DNA of 64,000 nucleotides from Myxococcota bacterium. Its GTDB lineage: Bacteria > Myxococcota_A > UBA9160 > JAFDDA01. The DNA is taken from NCBI GenBank assembly GCA_965228475.1, contig OZ245817.1, positions 1,376,001-1,440,000 on the forward strand, in the 5' to 3' direction. Position 1 is the first letter of the stretch; the number at the start of each line of letters is the position of its first letter. The notes below the pieces were generated by a model. It was not told the origin of the DNA. It saw only the letters and a program-made list of their open reading frames with translations, and did no database searches. The translations under genes and the position numbers were made by a program. This document shows, piece by piece, positions 28,181 through 38,045 of this stretch.

Positions 28181-29017
28181 CTAGCCGGCTCGGGAGCCGG
28201 CTTCGTCGAAGGCTTGGGCCATCACGTCGATTGGTGCCGGCCTTTTGGCGAAGAGGGTGAGCTGTTCGGCTCCCTGGTAGATCAGCATCCATTTTCCGGA
28301 GAGGGTTCTCGCGCCGTGGGCTTCGGCTTCGCGGAGGAGGCGGGTGCGTTCGGGTTGGTAGACGGCGTCCATGACCAGGGCGCCGGGGGGGACGGCGCTT
28401 CCGGGGACGGGGGTTTCGTCGCTGCCGAGGCCGACGCTGGTGGTGTTGACGAGGAGTTCGGGGGCGAGGTCCGGGAGATCCGCGAGGCTTCCCGAGGCGC
28501 CGGCGCCGAGGGCGCGGACGATGGCCTCGGCCTTGGCGACGGTGCGGTTCAGCACCGTGACCCGGGCGCCGCGCTCGAGCAGGCCGAAGGCGACGGCCCG
28601 GGCGGTTCCGCCGCCGCCGAGGACCACGCAGCGCGCGCCTTCGAGCTCCATCTCCCCTTGCTCTTCCAGGGCCCGCACCGCGCCGAGCCAGTCCGTGTTG
28701 CAGGCTTCCAGCCGGTCGCCCCGGCGCGTGACGGTGTTGATGGCGCCGATGCGCTCCGCCGTCCCGTCGATCGCGTCCACGAAGGCGCCGATGGTCTCCT
28801 TGTGCGGGATCGAGACGGCGAGCTGGGCGACGCGGTGCTCGCGCGCCGAAGCCATGAAGCGCGCGAGCCCCTCCGGCTCGACGTCGAAGACGGCGTAGTC
28901 GGCGGCGATGCCGAGGGCGCGGTAGGCGGCGCCGTGCATCGCCGGCGAGCGCGTGTGGCCGGCCGGGTGCAGGACGATCCCGCAGCGCGCGGTTCCTTTC
29001 GGGAGGTCAGGGAACAA
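28181..29017 (-). CDS. aroE: Shikimate dehydrogenase
   Basis: HTRSPAMH, SIPHKE, GAINT, NTDWLG, GGGGTARA, NRT, NTTSVG, MLIYQG. Confidence 0.92.
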   Translation of the reverse strand: MFPDLPKGTARCGIVLHPAGHTRSPAMHGAAYRALGIAADYAVFDVEPEGLARFMASAREHRVAQLAVSIPHKETIGAFVDAIDGTAERIGAINTVTRRGDRLEACNTDWLGAVRALEEQGEMELEGARCVVLGGGGTARAVAFGLLERGARVTVLNRTVAKAEAIVRALGAGASGSLADLPDLAPELLVNTTSVGLGSDETPVPGSAVPPGALVMDAVYQPERTRLLREAEAHGARTLSGKWMLIYQGAEQLTLFAKRPAPIDVMAQAFDEAGSRAG

Positions 29018-30005
29018 TCAGGACCTTGGCTTGGGTGCTCGGCTGGGAGAGCGTCTCGAACATGGCGGGCACGGCGTCGAAGTCGATGCGGTCGGTGATC
29101 ATCGGGCTCGGGTCGATCCGGCCCTGGTCGAGCATCGCCACGGTGTATTGGAAGTCCGAGAGTTCGTAGGCGAGGACGAAGTGGACCGTCGCCTCCTTGA
29201 GGATGCCTGCGAGCGGGAAGATCGTGTCCGGGTGATTGCAGACGCCCACGACGACCACGCGCCCGCGGAAGGCGGCCGAGCCGATCGCCTGGCCGATCAG
29301 GCCGGGGACGCCGGTCGCTTCGAACACCACATCGATGCCGTCCGGCGCGTGCTTCTGGCAGGCGGGCAGGACGCCCGAGGGATCGACCGCCGCCGTCGCA
29401 CCGAGCTGCTCGGCCACGGCGCGGCGGCCTTCGCTCTTCTCCGACACCAGGATCGTGCGCACGCCGAGATGCCGGAGCCAGAGCGTCGTGGCGAGCCCGA
29501 CCGGGCCGGCGCCCTGGACGAGGACCGATTCGTTCGGGGCCACCCGGGAGACGTTCACCGCGTGCAGTCCCACCGCGAGGGGCTCGACCAGCGCGCCGAG
29601 TTCCGAGTCGACCCCCGCCGGCAGCTTCACGCAGTTGTGCGGCGAGACGGCGACGTACTCCGCGAGGGCCCCGGGCGCCGGGCCGAGGCCGATGGCCCGG
29701 CTGCCGTTGGTGCAGAAGGCCGAGAGCCCGGTCACGCACTTGGGGCAGGTTCCGCAGGAGAGCGTGGGGATCGCGCAGAAGCGGTCGCCCGCGCGGTGCT
29801 CCCCGCTCGATTCCATCAGCTCGCCGGCGAACTCGTGGCCCATGATCGCCCCGGGCGGCAGCAGGCCGGACTGATAGAGGTGGAGGTCCGAACCGCAGAT
29901 CCCGCAGCCCTGCACGCGCAGGACGAGCTCTCCCGGGCGCGGAGCCGGGTCCGGAGCCTCCTCGACGGTGAGCTGCTTCGGGCCCTTCGAAACGACGGCT
30001 TTCAT
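29007..30005 (-). CDS. Zn-dependent alcohol dehydrogenase (MDR family)
   Basis: CGICGSDLH, GHE, structural Zn CGTCPKC..C, GAGPVG; ATG at 30005. Confidence 0.9.
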   Translation of the reverse strand: MKAVVSKGPKQLTVEEAPDPAPRPGELVLRVQGCGICGSDLHLYQSGLLPPGAIMGHEFAGELMESSGEHRAGDRFCAIPTLSCGTCPKCVTGLSAFCTNGSRAIGLGPAPGALAEYVAVSPHNCVKLPAGVDSELGALVEPLAVGLHAVNVSRVAPNESVLVQGAGPVGLATTLWLRHLGVRTILVSEKSEGRRAVAEQLGATAAVDPSGVLPACQKHAPDGIDVVFEATGVPGLIGQAIGSAAFRGRVVVVGVCNHPDTIFPLAGILKEATVHFVLAYELSDFQYTVAMLDQGRIDPSPMITDRIDFDAVPAMFETLSQPSTQAKVLIVP

Positions 30006-30104
30006 GGCGATCCTTCCCCGTGCGGAGCGGTGCGGAGCGATTCGATTCGCGGCCGCCAGCATATCCGATTGCGCCCTCGGGCCCGCCGCATCGCCCGCAG
30101 CGGC

Positions 30105-30905
30105 CTAGACCTCGCGCGAGCGGGCGAGGGCGGCCTTCAGGTCTTCCCAGACCTTGCGCCGGTTCTCCGGGGTGTACTGCCGGAGCAGGAACGCCGGGTG
30201 GAACGTCGGCATGAGCGGCGTGCCGCGGTAGTCCTGCCAGGTGCCGCGCAGCTTCGTGATGGCGACGTCGCGCCCGAGCAGGGTGCTCGTCGCGGGCTTG
30301 CCCAGCGAGACGATCACCTTCGGGCGGATCGCGGCGATCTGGCCGTCGAGGAAGCCGCGGCAGGTCGCGACCTCGTCGGCCAGGGGCGTGCGGTTCCCGG
30401 GCGGCCGACACTTCACGATGTTGCAGATGTAGACCGAGCTGCGCGGGATCTCGAGGCCCTTCTCGATCATCGACGTCAGGAGCTCGCCCGCCCGCCCGCA
30501 GAAGGGGATGCCGCGCTCGTCTTCGTTCTGGCCCGGGCCTTCGCCGATGAACAGCAGGTCCGCATCCGGGTTGCCGTCGCCGAAGACGATCTGCGTCCGT
30601 CCCTCGTGCAGGCGGCAGCGCGTGCAGTCGCCAATCTCGGCCCGCACGGCCTCGAGGCTCGCGGATCCGCCGCCGCTCGGAGCCGCCGGCGGCGACGGGG
30701 CGGGGGGCGCTTGGGTCGTAGCCTCCGCCCGCGGCTCGGCGGCCGGCGCTGCGGCACGAAGGGGCGGCTCGGCGGTGACTCCGGCGGCGGCCTGCTCCGC
30801 GTCGGTCTCCCAGACCTCGACGCCCTCCTCGGCCCACTCGGCGAGGGTCGCACGCGCGGCGCCGAGGGCGTCTCGCAGCTCCGGGTCCTGGGGGGTGGGC
30901 GGCAT
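30105..30905 (-). CDS. Uracil-DNA glycosylase, family 4
   Basis: CTRCRL, GEGPG, KCRPPGNR, TFHPAFLLR; ATG at 30905. Confidence 0.92.
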   Translation of the reverse strand: MPPTPQDPELRDALGAARATLAEWAEEGVEVWETDAEQAAAGVTAEPPLRAAAPAAEPRAEATTQAPPAPSPPAAPSGGGSASLEAVRAEIGDCTRCRLHEGRTQIVFGDGNPDADLLFIGEGPGQNEDERGIPFCGRAGELLTSMIEKGLEIPRSSVYICNIVKCRPPGNRTPLADEVATCRGFLDGQIAAIRPKVIVSLGKPATSTLLGRDVAITKLRGTWQDYRGTPLMPTFHPAFLLRQYTPENRRKVWEDLKAALARSREV

Positions 30906-30919
30906 CGGGCGGAACGCCC

Positions 30920-33040
30920 CTAGCTCGCCGGGGGCGCGAAGGCGCGCTCGAGCATGCCGAGCTGGGCGCTGTCCGGAAGCGCCGGCGCTCGGGAGGCCGA
31001 GGTGTCCTTCGGCTTGCCCGTCCCCGGCTCGATCGTCCCGTGGCGCTGGATCTCGATCTTGTCGAGGACCTCGAACTCGAAGCCCGGGTCGTTCGCGTCG
31101 TCGTGGCAATCGCCGCAGACCTGGAGGATGGCGCAGGAGTCGCACTTGTCGCCGAGGGAGACGATGGTGCCGATCTTCTCCGCGCCCTCCGCCACGTGCT
31201 CGCTGCCCGGGCCGTGGCAGGATTCGCAGCCGACGCGCCCGAGATCCGCATGGGCGGCGAGGGTCGCGCCCTTCGGGAAGCCTCCGGTCTTGCCGAAGCC
31301 CGTCGTGTGGCAGGTGAGGCACTCGGCGTTGCCCGCCTCGCCCTTGGCTTCCAGGGTCTCCCCGGCCTTCGCATGGCCTCCGCTGGCCCAGGTCGCGTAC
31401 TCGGAGGGGTGGCAGCTCTGGCACGCATCCGAACCGACGTAGTCCGCGTCCACCGGCAGGATCGCGGCGCGGCGGGCGCCGAGCTCTTCGATGCGCGCGA
31501 GCTTCTGGTCGAGGGAGAGGCCGAGCACGTCGCGGTTGGCGGCGTGGGAGATCTTCGGGTGGAACGTCGCGAAGTCGAAGCCGAGAGAGTGCTTCTTGTC
31601 GTGGCAGGTCACGCACATCGGTTCGTAGCCGGCCTTCGTGTACTCCGGGGAGAGGTGCGGGCCGCCGCGGCCGTGGCAGGACTCGCAGCCGACGTCCTCG
31701 AAGCGCGCCGAGCCGTGGCCCTCGAAGCTGAAACCGCCCTTTTCCTCGTAGCCGACGACGTGGCAGCCGACGCACTCGGGGTTCCGGGATTCGCCGTGCT
31801 TCACGAGCGTGTCGTAGGCGTAGGCGTGCTTGGTGAACTCCCAGGTCGTGGTCTGCTCCTCGTGGCAGACCGCGCAGAAGTCGTTGCCGCTGTAGCCCGT
31901 GCGGTGGAGCAGCATCGGGACGGGTGCGCCGCCTTCCTTCGCGAGGCGCATCTGCCAGAGCGGCGGGTCGAGCTGGTCGTCCCAGCCCGAGCCGCGGTGC
32001 GCGATGCGCCCCTCGGCGTCGACGAGGACGAGGTCCGGGACGCCGCCGCTCACGCCGAAGGCGGTGCGCAGGGCTCCGCCCGGGTCCATCAGCACGGGGA
32101 AGAAGTCGAGCCCGTCTTCTTCGAGCTTCTCGCGCACGGCGTAGGCGCGGTCGAGGATCGAGACGCCGACGAGAACGGGCCGCTGCTCCTCCGGCAGCTT
32201 CGGCAGGGCCTCCTTCAGGAAGCGCATGGCGTGGTGGCAGTGCGGGCAGGTGTGCAGGAAGAAGATCACCATCACGGCCTGGCCGCGGTGGGCCGAGAGG
32301 CTGAAGGCCTTGCCGGCGAGGTCCGTGCCCGTGAGCTCGGGCGCCTTCGGGCGCTCGCCGAGGAGCGGCTGGGTCGGCGCGGGCGCGGCGGGCAACCGCA
32401 GCATGTCCCGGACCATGGCGTTGATGGCGTCGCCGGTGACGTCGCTGTCTTCCTGCCAGCCCGCGGTGCGCGTCACGTAACCTTCGTCGTCGACCGAAGC
32501 CAGCAGGACGGGGACCGGCGCGCGAAGCAGGCTCGCGATGCGGGCCGTCGAATCGTCGAGGATCGGGAAGTCGAGGCCCTTCTTCTCGGCGAACTCCTGG
32601 GCGACCGCGCGGCGCGAGCCGGTGGCGATGCCCAGGATCTCGAAGTTGTTTTTGGCCCGGAACTCGGAGACTTCGGCGAGGGCTTCGGCGGCCTTCCCGG
32701 CCACGCCGATCTCCGGGTTGAACATGAACAGCAGGTAGCGCTGGCCGAGCAGGTCCGACGCCTGGAGCTTCCGGTCGTCGAGGGTGATCCCGCCGAGGGC
32801 CGGCAGCGGCCTTTCGTGGGAGTGCCGCTTCGCCTTCTTCGAGTGCTCCGGCTTCTCTCGCGCGGCAGCGGCCTCGCCCGGTGCCGAAGCCTGGGCGACC
32901 TCCGTCACCCCCTCCGAAGCCGGCTGCGAAGCCTCCGCAGCCCCGCTCGTCTCTTCCCCCCCACCGCAGCCAACCGCCGCCAGCAGGACCCCCAACACCA
33001 CGAAATTTCGAAGATTCAGCACGGGGCCCAGCATAGCCAA
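30920..33040 (-). CDS. Lipoprotein with two redoxin (thioredoxin-fold) domains and an octaheme (2 x c554-like) cytochrome c
   Basis: Lipobox LAAVGC; second redoxin has HTCPHC. Eight CxxCH motifs downstream: CAVCH, CVGCH, CESCH, CVTCH, CQSCH, CLTCH, CESCH, CGDCH. Start could be 33034. Confidence 0.85.
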   Translation of the reverse strand: MAMLGPVLNLRNFVVLGVLLAAVGCGGGEETSGAAEASQPASEGVTEVAQASAPGEAAAAREKPEHSKKAKRHSHERPLPALGGITLDDRKLQASDLLGQRYLLFMFNPEIGVAGKAAEALAEVSEFRAKNNFEILGIATGSRRAVAQEFAEKKGLDFPILDDSTARIASLLRAPVPVLLASVDDEGYVTRTAGWQEDSDVTGDAINAMVRDMLRLPAAPAPTQPLLGERPKAPELTGTDLAGKAFSLSAHRGQAVMVIFFLHTCPHCHHAMRFLKEALPKLPEEQRPVLVGVSILDRAYAVREKLEEDGLDFFPVLMDPGGALRTAFGVSGGVPDLVLVDAEGRIAHRGSGWDDQLDPPLWQMRLAKEGGAPVPMLLHRTGYSGNDFCAVCHEEQTTTWEFTKHAYAYDTLVKHGESRNPECVGCHVVGYEEKGGFSFEGHGSARFEDVGCESCHGRGGPHLSPEYTKAGYEPMCVTCHDKKHSLGFDFATFHPKISHAANRDVLGLSLDQKLARIEELGARRAAILPVDADYVGSDACQSCHPSEYATWASGGHAKAGETLEAKGEAGNAECLTCHTTGFGKTGGFPKGATLAAHADLGRVGCESCHGPGSEHVAEGAEKIGTIVSLGDKCDSCAILQVCGDCHDDANDPGFEFEVLDKIEIQRHGTIEPGTGKPKDTSASRAPALPDSAQLGMLERAFAPPAS

Positions 33041-33078
33041 GGAGCGGGAGAGTGACGGCGGCTGCGTTCAAGCAAGGA

Positions 33079-33200
33079 GGGCGTGAGGGCCGGGGTCGCC
33101 TTCAGCGAAGTAAAGCGCAGCCCGGAGCAACCAAGTGGAGTAAAGCAGCCCGTTCGCCCGGGCGAGCCATGAGCGGAAGGCGACCCCGGCCCTCACGCCC
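33079..33200 (-). repeat. Structured dispersed element, copy 4
   Basis: Perfect 25-bp inverted repeat (33079-33103 / 33176-33200), same core on the minus strand, 36-nt loop at 33124-33159. Confidence 0.9.
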
Positions 33201-33206
33201 GGCGCT

Positions 33207-33719
33207 CTAGCGAAGCTTCTCCTTCAGCTCCGCCAAAGTCTCCTTCACCCACCCATTGTCCCGCTCATAAGCCAACGCCATCTTCAAATTCTGCTGCGCA
33301 CCCTTCCAGTCCTCGCGCGCCAGATCCTGGTTCGCGAGCGCGATGTAGCGCTTCCCGTTGGGTGTCGTCCCCTGGCGTTCGCTGCTGACCTGGCGGTCCG
33401 CCTGGGCGCCGCCTTCGACGAGGGCCAGGCGCCGCTCGCCCTCCCCGTCGAGCTGCTGGTCGTAGAGCTTCCGGCGGCGCGGGTCGCGCAGCACGGCGTA
33501 GGCCTCGCTCACGCGCTTCGCGATGCGCTCGGCCGAGCCCACCACCTCGGGCCCGTGCACGCGCAGCCGGTCCGGATGGAAGCGGCGCGCGACGGAGTGG
33601 TAGGCCGTCCGCACGGCGGCGGCGTTCGCCCGCCGCTCGACTTCGAGCAGCTGGTAGTAGTCGAGGTCCTCGACGATGTTGGCGAGGGCTCGAAGTTCTG
33701 CGGTGTTCACCGATGCCAA
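33207..33719 (-). CDS. J-domain co-chaperone with C-terminal TPR-like helices
   Basis: DYYQLLEV, FHPD, SEAYAVLRDP.RR..YD. Confidence 0.88.
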   Translation of the reverse strand: MASVNTAELRALANIVEDLDYYQLLEVERRANAAAVRTAYHSVARRFHPDRLRVHGPEVVGSAERIAKRVSEAYAVLRDPRRRKLYDQQLDGEGERRLALVEGGAQADRQVSSERQGTTPNGKRYIALANQDLAREDWKGAQQNLKMALAYERDNGWVKETLAELKEKLR

Positions 33720-33727
33720 GGGGGACC

Positions 33728-35905
33728 TCAGGCCAGCTCGATGTCTTCGTCGTCTTCGTCGTCGGAGAGCAGGTCGGTTCCGACCGCCTCGAACAGGGAG
33801 TCCTTGCCCGCCGGTGCGTCGGCTTGCGTGGGTTCGGCTTGTGCGGGTTGGCTCGGAGCGGGCGAGACCGGCTCCGCCTCCAGGACGTCGTCCTGGCTCA
33901 GGGTGACCTCGCCGACGACCTCCACGGCCGAGACCTCGTTCCTGTCGTCCGAGGCCACGTCGATGTCGGGCAGTTCGATCTCGTCCTCGAGGGAGTCGAT
34001 CTCGAGCTCCGGCAGGTCGCCTTCGTCCACCTCGAGCTCGTCGAGATCGACGTCCGGAACCTGCGGGACCGCATCGGCCGCGACCGGCGCCTCGGCCTGG
34101 GGCTCCGGCGCGATGGGCGGCTCGGGTTCGGCCGGCTCCGCCGCAATGGGCGGCTCGGGCTCTTGGATCGCCGGCGGCGGCTCGTCCACCGGCTCATCGT
34201 CGGCCGCGGGCTCGGCAGCCGGGGGCTCGGCGTCGGCGACGGACGGCGCCGCGGCGGCGGCGACCGATGCGGCGGCACCCGCCACCGGGCCTTCGTTCGC
34301 CGGCATGGCCTGCTCTTCGCCCTTCGCGACGATCTCCGTCTTCACGCGCGCGGTCGGGTTCTCCGCGAGGATCGACTGGAGCTCCTCGTCCGAGAGGCCC
34401 GAGGAGAGCGTGATGCGCGTCGAGGCTTCCTGGCCGGTCTCCGGCTCGCGAGCCGTCACGTGGACGATGCCGTCGCTGTTGATCGCGAAGATCACCTGGA
34501 TCTCGACCTCGCCGCGGCGAGCCTTCGGGAAGCCCGAGAACTCGAACTGCCCGAGCAGCTCGTTGTCCTCGGCCTGCTTCTCCTCGCCCTGGTAGACGCG
34601 GATGACCACCTCTTCCTGGGCGTCCTGCACGGTCGTGAAGCTCCGCGCCTGTTCGATCGGCACGGGCGTGTTGCGTTCGATGATCGGTTCGCAGATGCCG
34701 CCGGCGACGCCCACCTGGAGCGAGAGCGGCGTGACGTCGAGCAGGAACGCGTTCTGCTGCGGCGCGACGAGCTCGCTGGCGTGGATCGCCGCGCCCATGG
34801 CCACCACCACGTCCGGGTCGACGTCGGTCTTGGGTTCGAGGCCGAAGTAGGTCTTCACCGCGTCGCGGATCATCGGGAGCCGCGTCGGCCCGCCGACGAG
34901 CACGATGCCGTCGAGCTCGCGGGCGACGATGCCGGCTTCCTGGAGCGCCTCGTCGGTCACCTTGAAGGTGCGCTGGATCAGGTCGTGGGTGAGCTTCGCG
35001 AAGTCGTTCGCGGTCAGCGTGCGCTCGAGGGCGATCGAGGTTCCGTCCTCGGCCGTGGCGATGTCCTCGATCCGGATCTGGACCTCTTCGTCGAGGGAGA
35101 GGGCCTTCTTGGCGTCCTCGGCGGCCTTCTTCAGGCGCTCGAAGGTCTGCTTGTCCTGGCGCAGGTTCTTCCCGTGCTCCTGGAGGAACTCGTCGGCCAG
35201 CAGGTCGATCAGCCGGTCGTCGAAGTCGTCGCCGCCGAGGAAGGTGTCGCCGGAGGTCGAGATCACCTCGAACACGTCCTCGCCGATCTCGAGGACGGAG
35301 ATGTCGAAGGTGCCGCCGCCGAGGTCCCAGACGGCGACCTTCTGCGAGAGGCCCTGGCCGAAGCCGTAGGCGAGCGCGGCCGCCGTCGGCTCGTTCAGGA
35401 TGCGCAGCACCTCGAGCCCGGCGATCTTGCCGGCGTCCTTGGTGGCCTGACGCTGGTTGTCGTTGAAGTAGGCGGGAACCGTGATCACCGCCTGGGTGAC
35501 TTCGTGGCCGAGCTGGGCTTCGGCGACGCTCTTCAGCTCGCGCAGGATCATCGCGGAGATCTCGGGCAGCGAGAGCACTTCCTCGCGCACCTGGACGCGC
35601 ACGCTGTGCTCCGGCCCCTCGACGATCTGGTACGGGCAGATGGCCTGGGCCTTCTTCACTTCTTCCGAGAAGAAGTACCGGCCGATCAGGCGCTTGGCCG
35701 AGGTGACCGTGGCTTCCGGATCGACGACGGCGTTGGCCTTGGCTTCGTTTCCGACCAGGACGGTGCCGTCCTCGCGAAAGGCCACGGCGCTCGCCATGAT
35801 GCTCTCGCCGTAGGCGTTCGCGAGCACCTCGACCTTGCCGTTTCGCAGGACCGCGACGGCCGAGTTGCTCGTCCCCAGATCGATTCCGATGGCGACTTCC
35901 GACAT
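33728..35905 (-). CDS. Hsp70/DnaK-family paralogue with acidic low-complexity tail
   Basis: [33 protein letters not shown], linker [10 protein letters not shown]-terminal P/E/D-rich region. Confidence 0.92.
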   Translation of the reverse strand: MSEVAIGIDLGTSNSAVAVLRNGKVEVLANAYGESIMASAVAFREDGTVLVGNEAKANAVVDPEATVTSAKRLIGRYFFSEEVKKAQAICPYQIVEGPEHSVRVQVREEVLSLPEISAMILRELKSVAEAQLGHEVTQAVITVPAYFNDNQRQATKDAGKIAGLEVLRILNEPTAAALAYGFGQGLSQKVAVWDLGGGTFDISVLEIGEDVFEVISTSGDTFLGGDDFDDRLIDLLADEFLQEHGKNLRQDKQTFERLKKAAEDAKKALSLDEEVQIRIEDIATAEDGTSIALERTLTANDFAKLTHDLIQRTFKVTDEALQEAGIVARELDGIVLVGGPTRLPMIRDAVKTYFGLEPKTDVDPDVVVAMGAAIHASELVAPQQNAFLLDVTPLSLQVGVAGGICEPIIERNTPVPIEQARSFTTVQDAQEEVVIRVYQGEEKQAEDNELLGQFEFSGFPKARRGEVEIQVIFAINSDGIVHVTAREPETGQEASTRITLSSGLSDEELQSILAENPTARVKTEIVAKGEEQAMPANEGPVAGAAASVAAAAAPSVADAEPPAAEPAADDEPVDEPPPAIQEPEPPIAAEPAEPEPPIAPEPQAEAPVAADAVPQVPDVDLDELEVDEGDLPELEIDSLEDEIELPDIDVASDDRNEVSAVEVVGEVTLSQDDVLEAEPVSPAPSQPAQAEPTQADAPAGKDSLFEAVGTDLLSDDEDDEDIELA

Positions 35906-36034
35906 GAGAACCCTCCGGCCCCGTTATCGGTGGAACCCCTCGGTTTCTGGATGAGTTTCCGGGCCCGGGGGAGGGCCTGGGAGGCCCCTGGGGCGCGTTG
36001 ACCCCCCGTGGGAGCGCGTGCTACCCACCCCGGC

Positions 36035-36787
36035 ATGTCCGGGCACTCCAAATGGTCGACGATCAAGCGCAAGAAGGGCGCCGCGGACGCCAAGCGTGGA
36101 AAGATCTTCACGAAGCTGATCCGCGAGATCGCGACCGCCGCACGAATGGGGGGAGGGGACCCCAATGCCAACCCCCGCCTGCGCCTGGCCGTGGACAAGG
36201 CCCGCGCGGCCAACATGCCCAAGGACAACATCGACCGGGCCATCAAGAAGGGCACGGGCGAGGGCGACGACGGTTCGCGCTACGAGGAGGTCGTCTACGA
36301 GGGCTACGGCCCGGGCGGCGTGGCCATCCTGCTCGAGACCCTGACGGACAACCGCAACCGCACCGTCGGCGACGTGCGCCACGTGCTGACCAAGCACGGC
36401 GGCAACCTCGGCGAGTCCGGCTGCGTCTCCTTCCTGTTCGAGAAGAAGGGCGCGATCACCTTCGAGCGCGCCGCCGTGGCCGACGGCGACGCCCTGCTCG
36501 AGGCCGCCCTCGAGGCCGGCGCCGAGGACGTGGAAGAGGGCGAGGAGGCCCTCCAGGTGCTCACGACCCCGAGCGATTTCGAGAGCGTGCGCAGCGCCCT
36601 GGGTGAAGCGGGCTTCGACGCCGCCGACGCCGAGATCACCATGGAGCCTTCGACCACGGTGAAGCTCGAGGGCTCCGACGCCGAGTCCATGCTCAAGCTG
36701 GCCGATGCCCTCGAAGACCTGGACGACGTCCAGAACGTCTTCTCGAACTTCGACATCTCCGACGACGAGCTCGCGAAGTTCGCCTGA
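36035..36787 (+). CDS. yebC: YebC/PmpR family protein
   Basis: [30 protein letters not shown]. Confidence 0.95.
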   Translation: MSGHSKWSTIKRKKGAADAKRGKIFTKLIREIATAARMGGGDPNANPRLRLAVDKARAANMPKDNIDRAIKKGTGEGDDGSRYEEVVYEGYGPGGVAILLETLTDNRNRTVGDVRHVLTKHGGNLGESGCVSFLFEKKGAITFERAAVADGDALLEAALEAGAEDVEEGEEALQVLTTPSDFESVRSALGEAGFDAADAEITMEPSTTVKLEGSDAESMLKLADALEDLDDVQNVFSNFDISDDELAKFA

Positions 36788-36876
36788 TCGGGACTCGCGA
36801 AGCGCGCCGGAGCCCGGCTCGGGCCGGCCGCCGCCTCGCTGCGCCCGCCCGGAGTGCGTTCGCTAGCTTCCCGACG

Positions 36877-37434
36877 ATGCGAGTCATGGGGATCGATCCG
36901 GGTTCGAACGTGACGGGCTTCGGCGTCGTCGCGCGCGAAGGCTCCTCCGTGAAATCGCTTGCATTCGGCACGCTGCGTCCGCGCCGCGGGGATCCGCTCG
37001 CGGTCCGGCTCGGGGTTCTGCTCGAGGGGCTCGGCGAGGCGATGGAGGCGCACCGGCCCGAGGTCGTCGTGGTCGAGAAGGTCTTCGTGGCGGCGAGCGC
37101 GCGCTCGGCCCTGGTGCTCGGCCAGGCCCGCGGCGTCGCTCTCGCGGCGGCGGCGGCGCGCCAGATCCCCGTCGTCGAGTACACGGCCTCCCAGATCAAG
37201 CAGGCGGTGGTCGGGACGGGCGCGGCCGCCAAGCCGCAGGTCCAGGCCATGGTGAAGAGCCTGCTCGCCCTGCCGAAAGCACCGGCCACGGATGCCGCCG
37301 ACGCCCTGGCCGCCGCCATCTGCCACGCCCACGCCGGGCGTCTCGGCGCGCTCGTCGCCGGCGATCGCGTCGCGGGCCGCGGGCGCAGCCGCCGGGGAAG
37401 CGGCCGAGGCTTCGTCGTGAGGCGGGTCCGATGA
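36877..37434 (+). CDS. ruvC: Holliday junction resolvase RuvC
   Basis: [21 protein letters not shown]. Confidence 0.95.
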   Translation: MRVMGIDPGSNVTGFGVVAREGSSVKSLAFGTLRPRRGDPLAVRLGVLLEGLGEAMEAHRPEVVVVEKVFVAASARSALVLGQARGVALAAAAARQIPVVEYTASQIKQAVVGTGAAAKPQVQAMVKSLLALPKAPATDAADALAAAICHAHAGRLGALVAGDRVAGRGRSRRGSGRGFVVRRVR

Positions 37435-38045
37435 TCGCGCGCCTCGAAGGCCAGCTCCGGGAGAAGAGCCCGACGCGCATCGTGATCGACGTCGGCGGCG
37501 TCGGCTACGAGGTCCTGATCCCGGTGACGACCTTCTACGAACTCCCCGAAGAAGGGAAGACCGTCGCCCTGCGCATCCACACCCACGTGCGCGAGGACGT
37601 CTTCCAGCTCTTCGGATTCCGCAGCGGCCGGGAGCGCGCGATCTTCGAGCTGCTGATCCGCACGAGCGGCGTCGGCCCGAAGCTCGCGCAGTCGATCCTC
37701 TCGGGCATCGAGGCGGAGCGTCTGGTCGCGGCGATCCGGGACGGCGACGTCGCCGTGTTGAAGTCGGTGCCGGGGCTCGGTGCGAAGAAGGCCGAGCGCC
37801 TGATCGTCGAGCTGCGCGACCGCGTGGATCAGCTCGAGGGCGACGAGGCCGCGCCGCCGGCCGGCGTGCCCGTGGCGCCGCCCGCCGGCGACGAACGCAC
37901 GGAGGAGGTGATCTCGGCGCTCCTGAACCTCGGCTACTCCCGCGCGCAGGTCGAAGCCAAGGTCGCCGCCGCCGCCGAGGCGATGGGCGAGGACGCACCG
38001 CTCGAGGACGTGATTCGCGAATCCCTGCGGAGGCTTTCGAAGTGA
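37431..38045 (+). CDS. ruvA: Holliday junction binding protein RuvA
   Basis: GGVGYEV, HVRED, GVGPKLA; ATGA overlap with ruvC. Confidence 0.95.
   Translation: MIARLEGQLREKSPTRIVIDVGGVGYEVLIPVTTFYELPEEGKTVALRIHTHVREDVFQLFGFRSGRERAIFELLIRTSGVGPKLAQSILSGIEAERLVAAIRDGDVAVLKSVPGLGAKKAERLIVELRDRVDQLEGDEAAPPAGVPVAPPAGDERTEEVISALLNLGYSRAQVEAKVAAAAEAMGEDAPLEDVIRESLRRLSK

Noticed and set aside
33713..36001. 762-aa ORF antisense to Hsp70
   Set aside because: Long antisense frames opposite hsp70/dnaK genes are a known artefact; there is no independent support.
36877..37434. RuvC-fold nuclease as Cas12/TnpB-like effector
   Set aside because: It is canonical 185-aa RuvC within yebC-ruvCAB.
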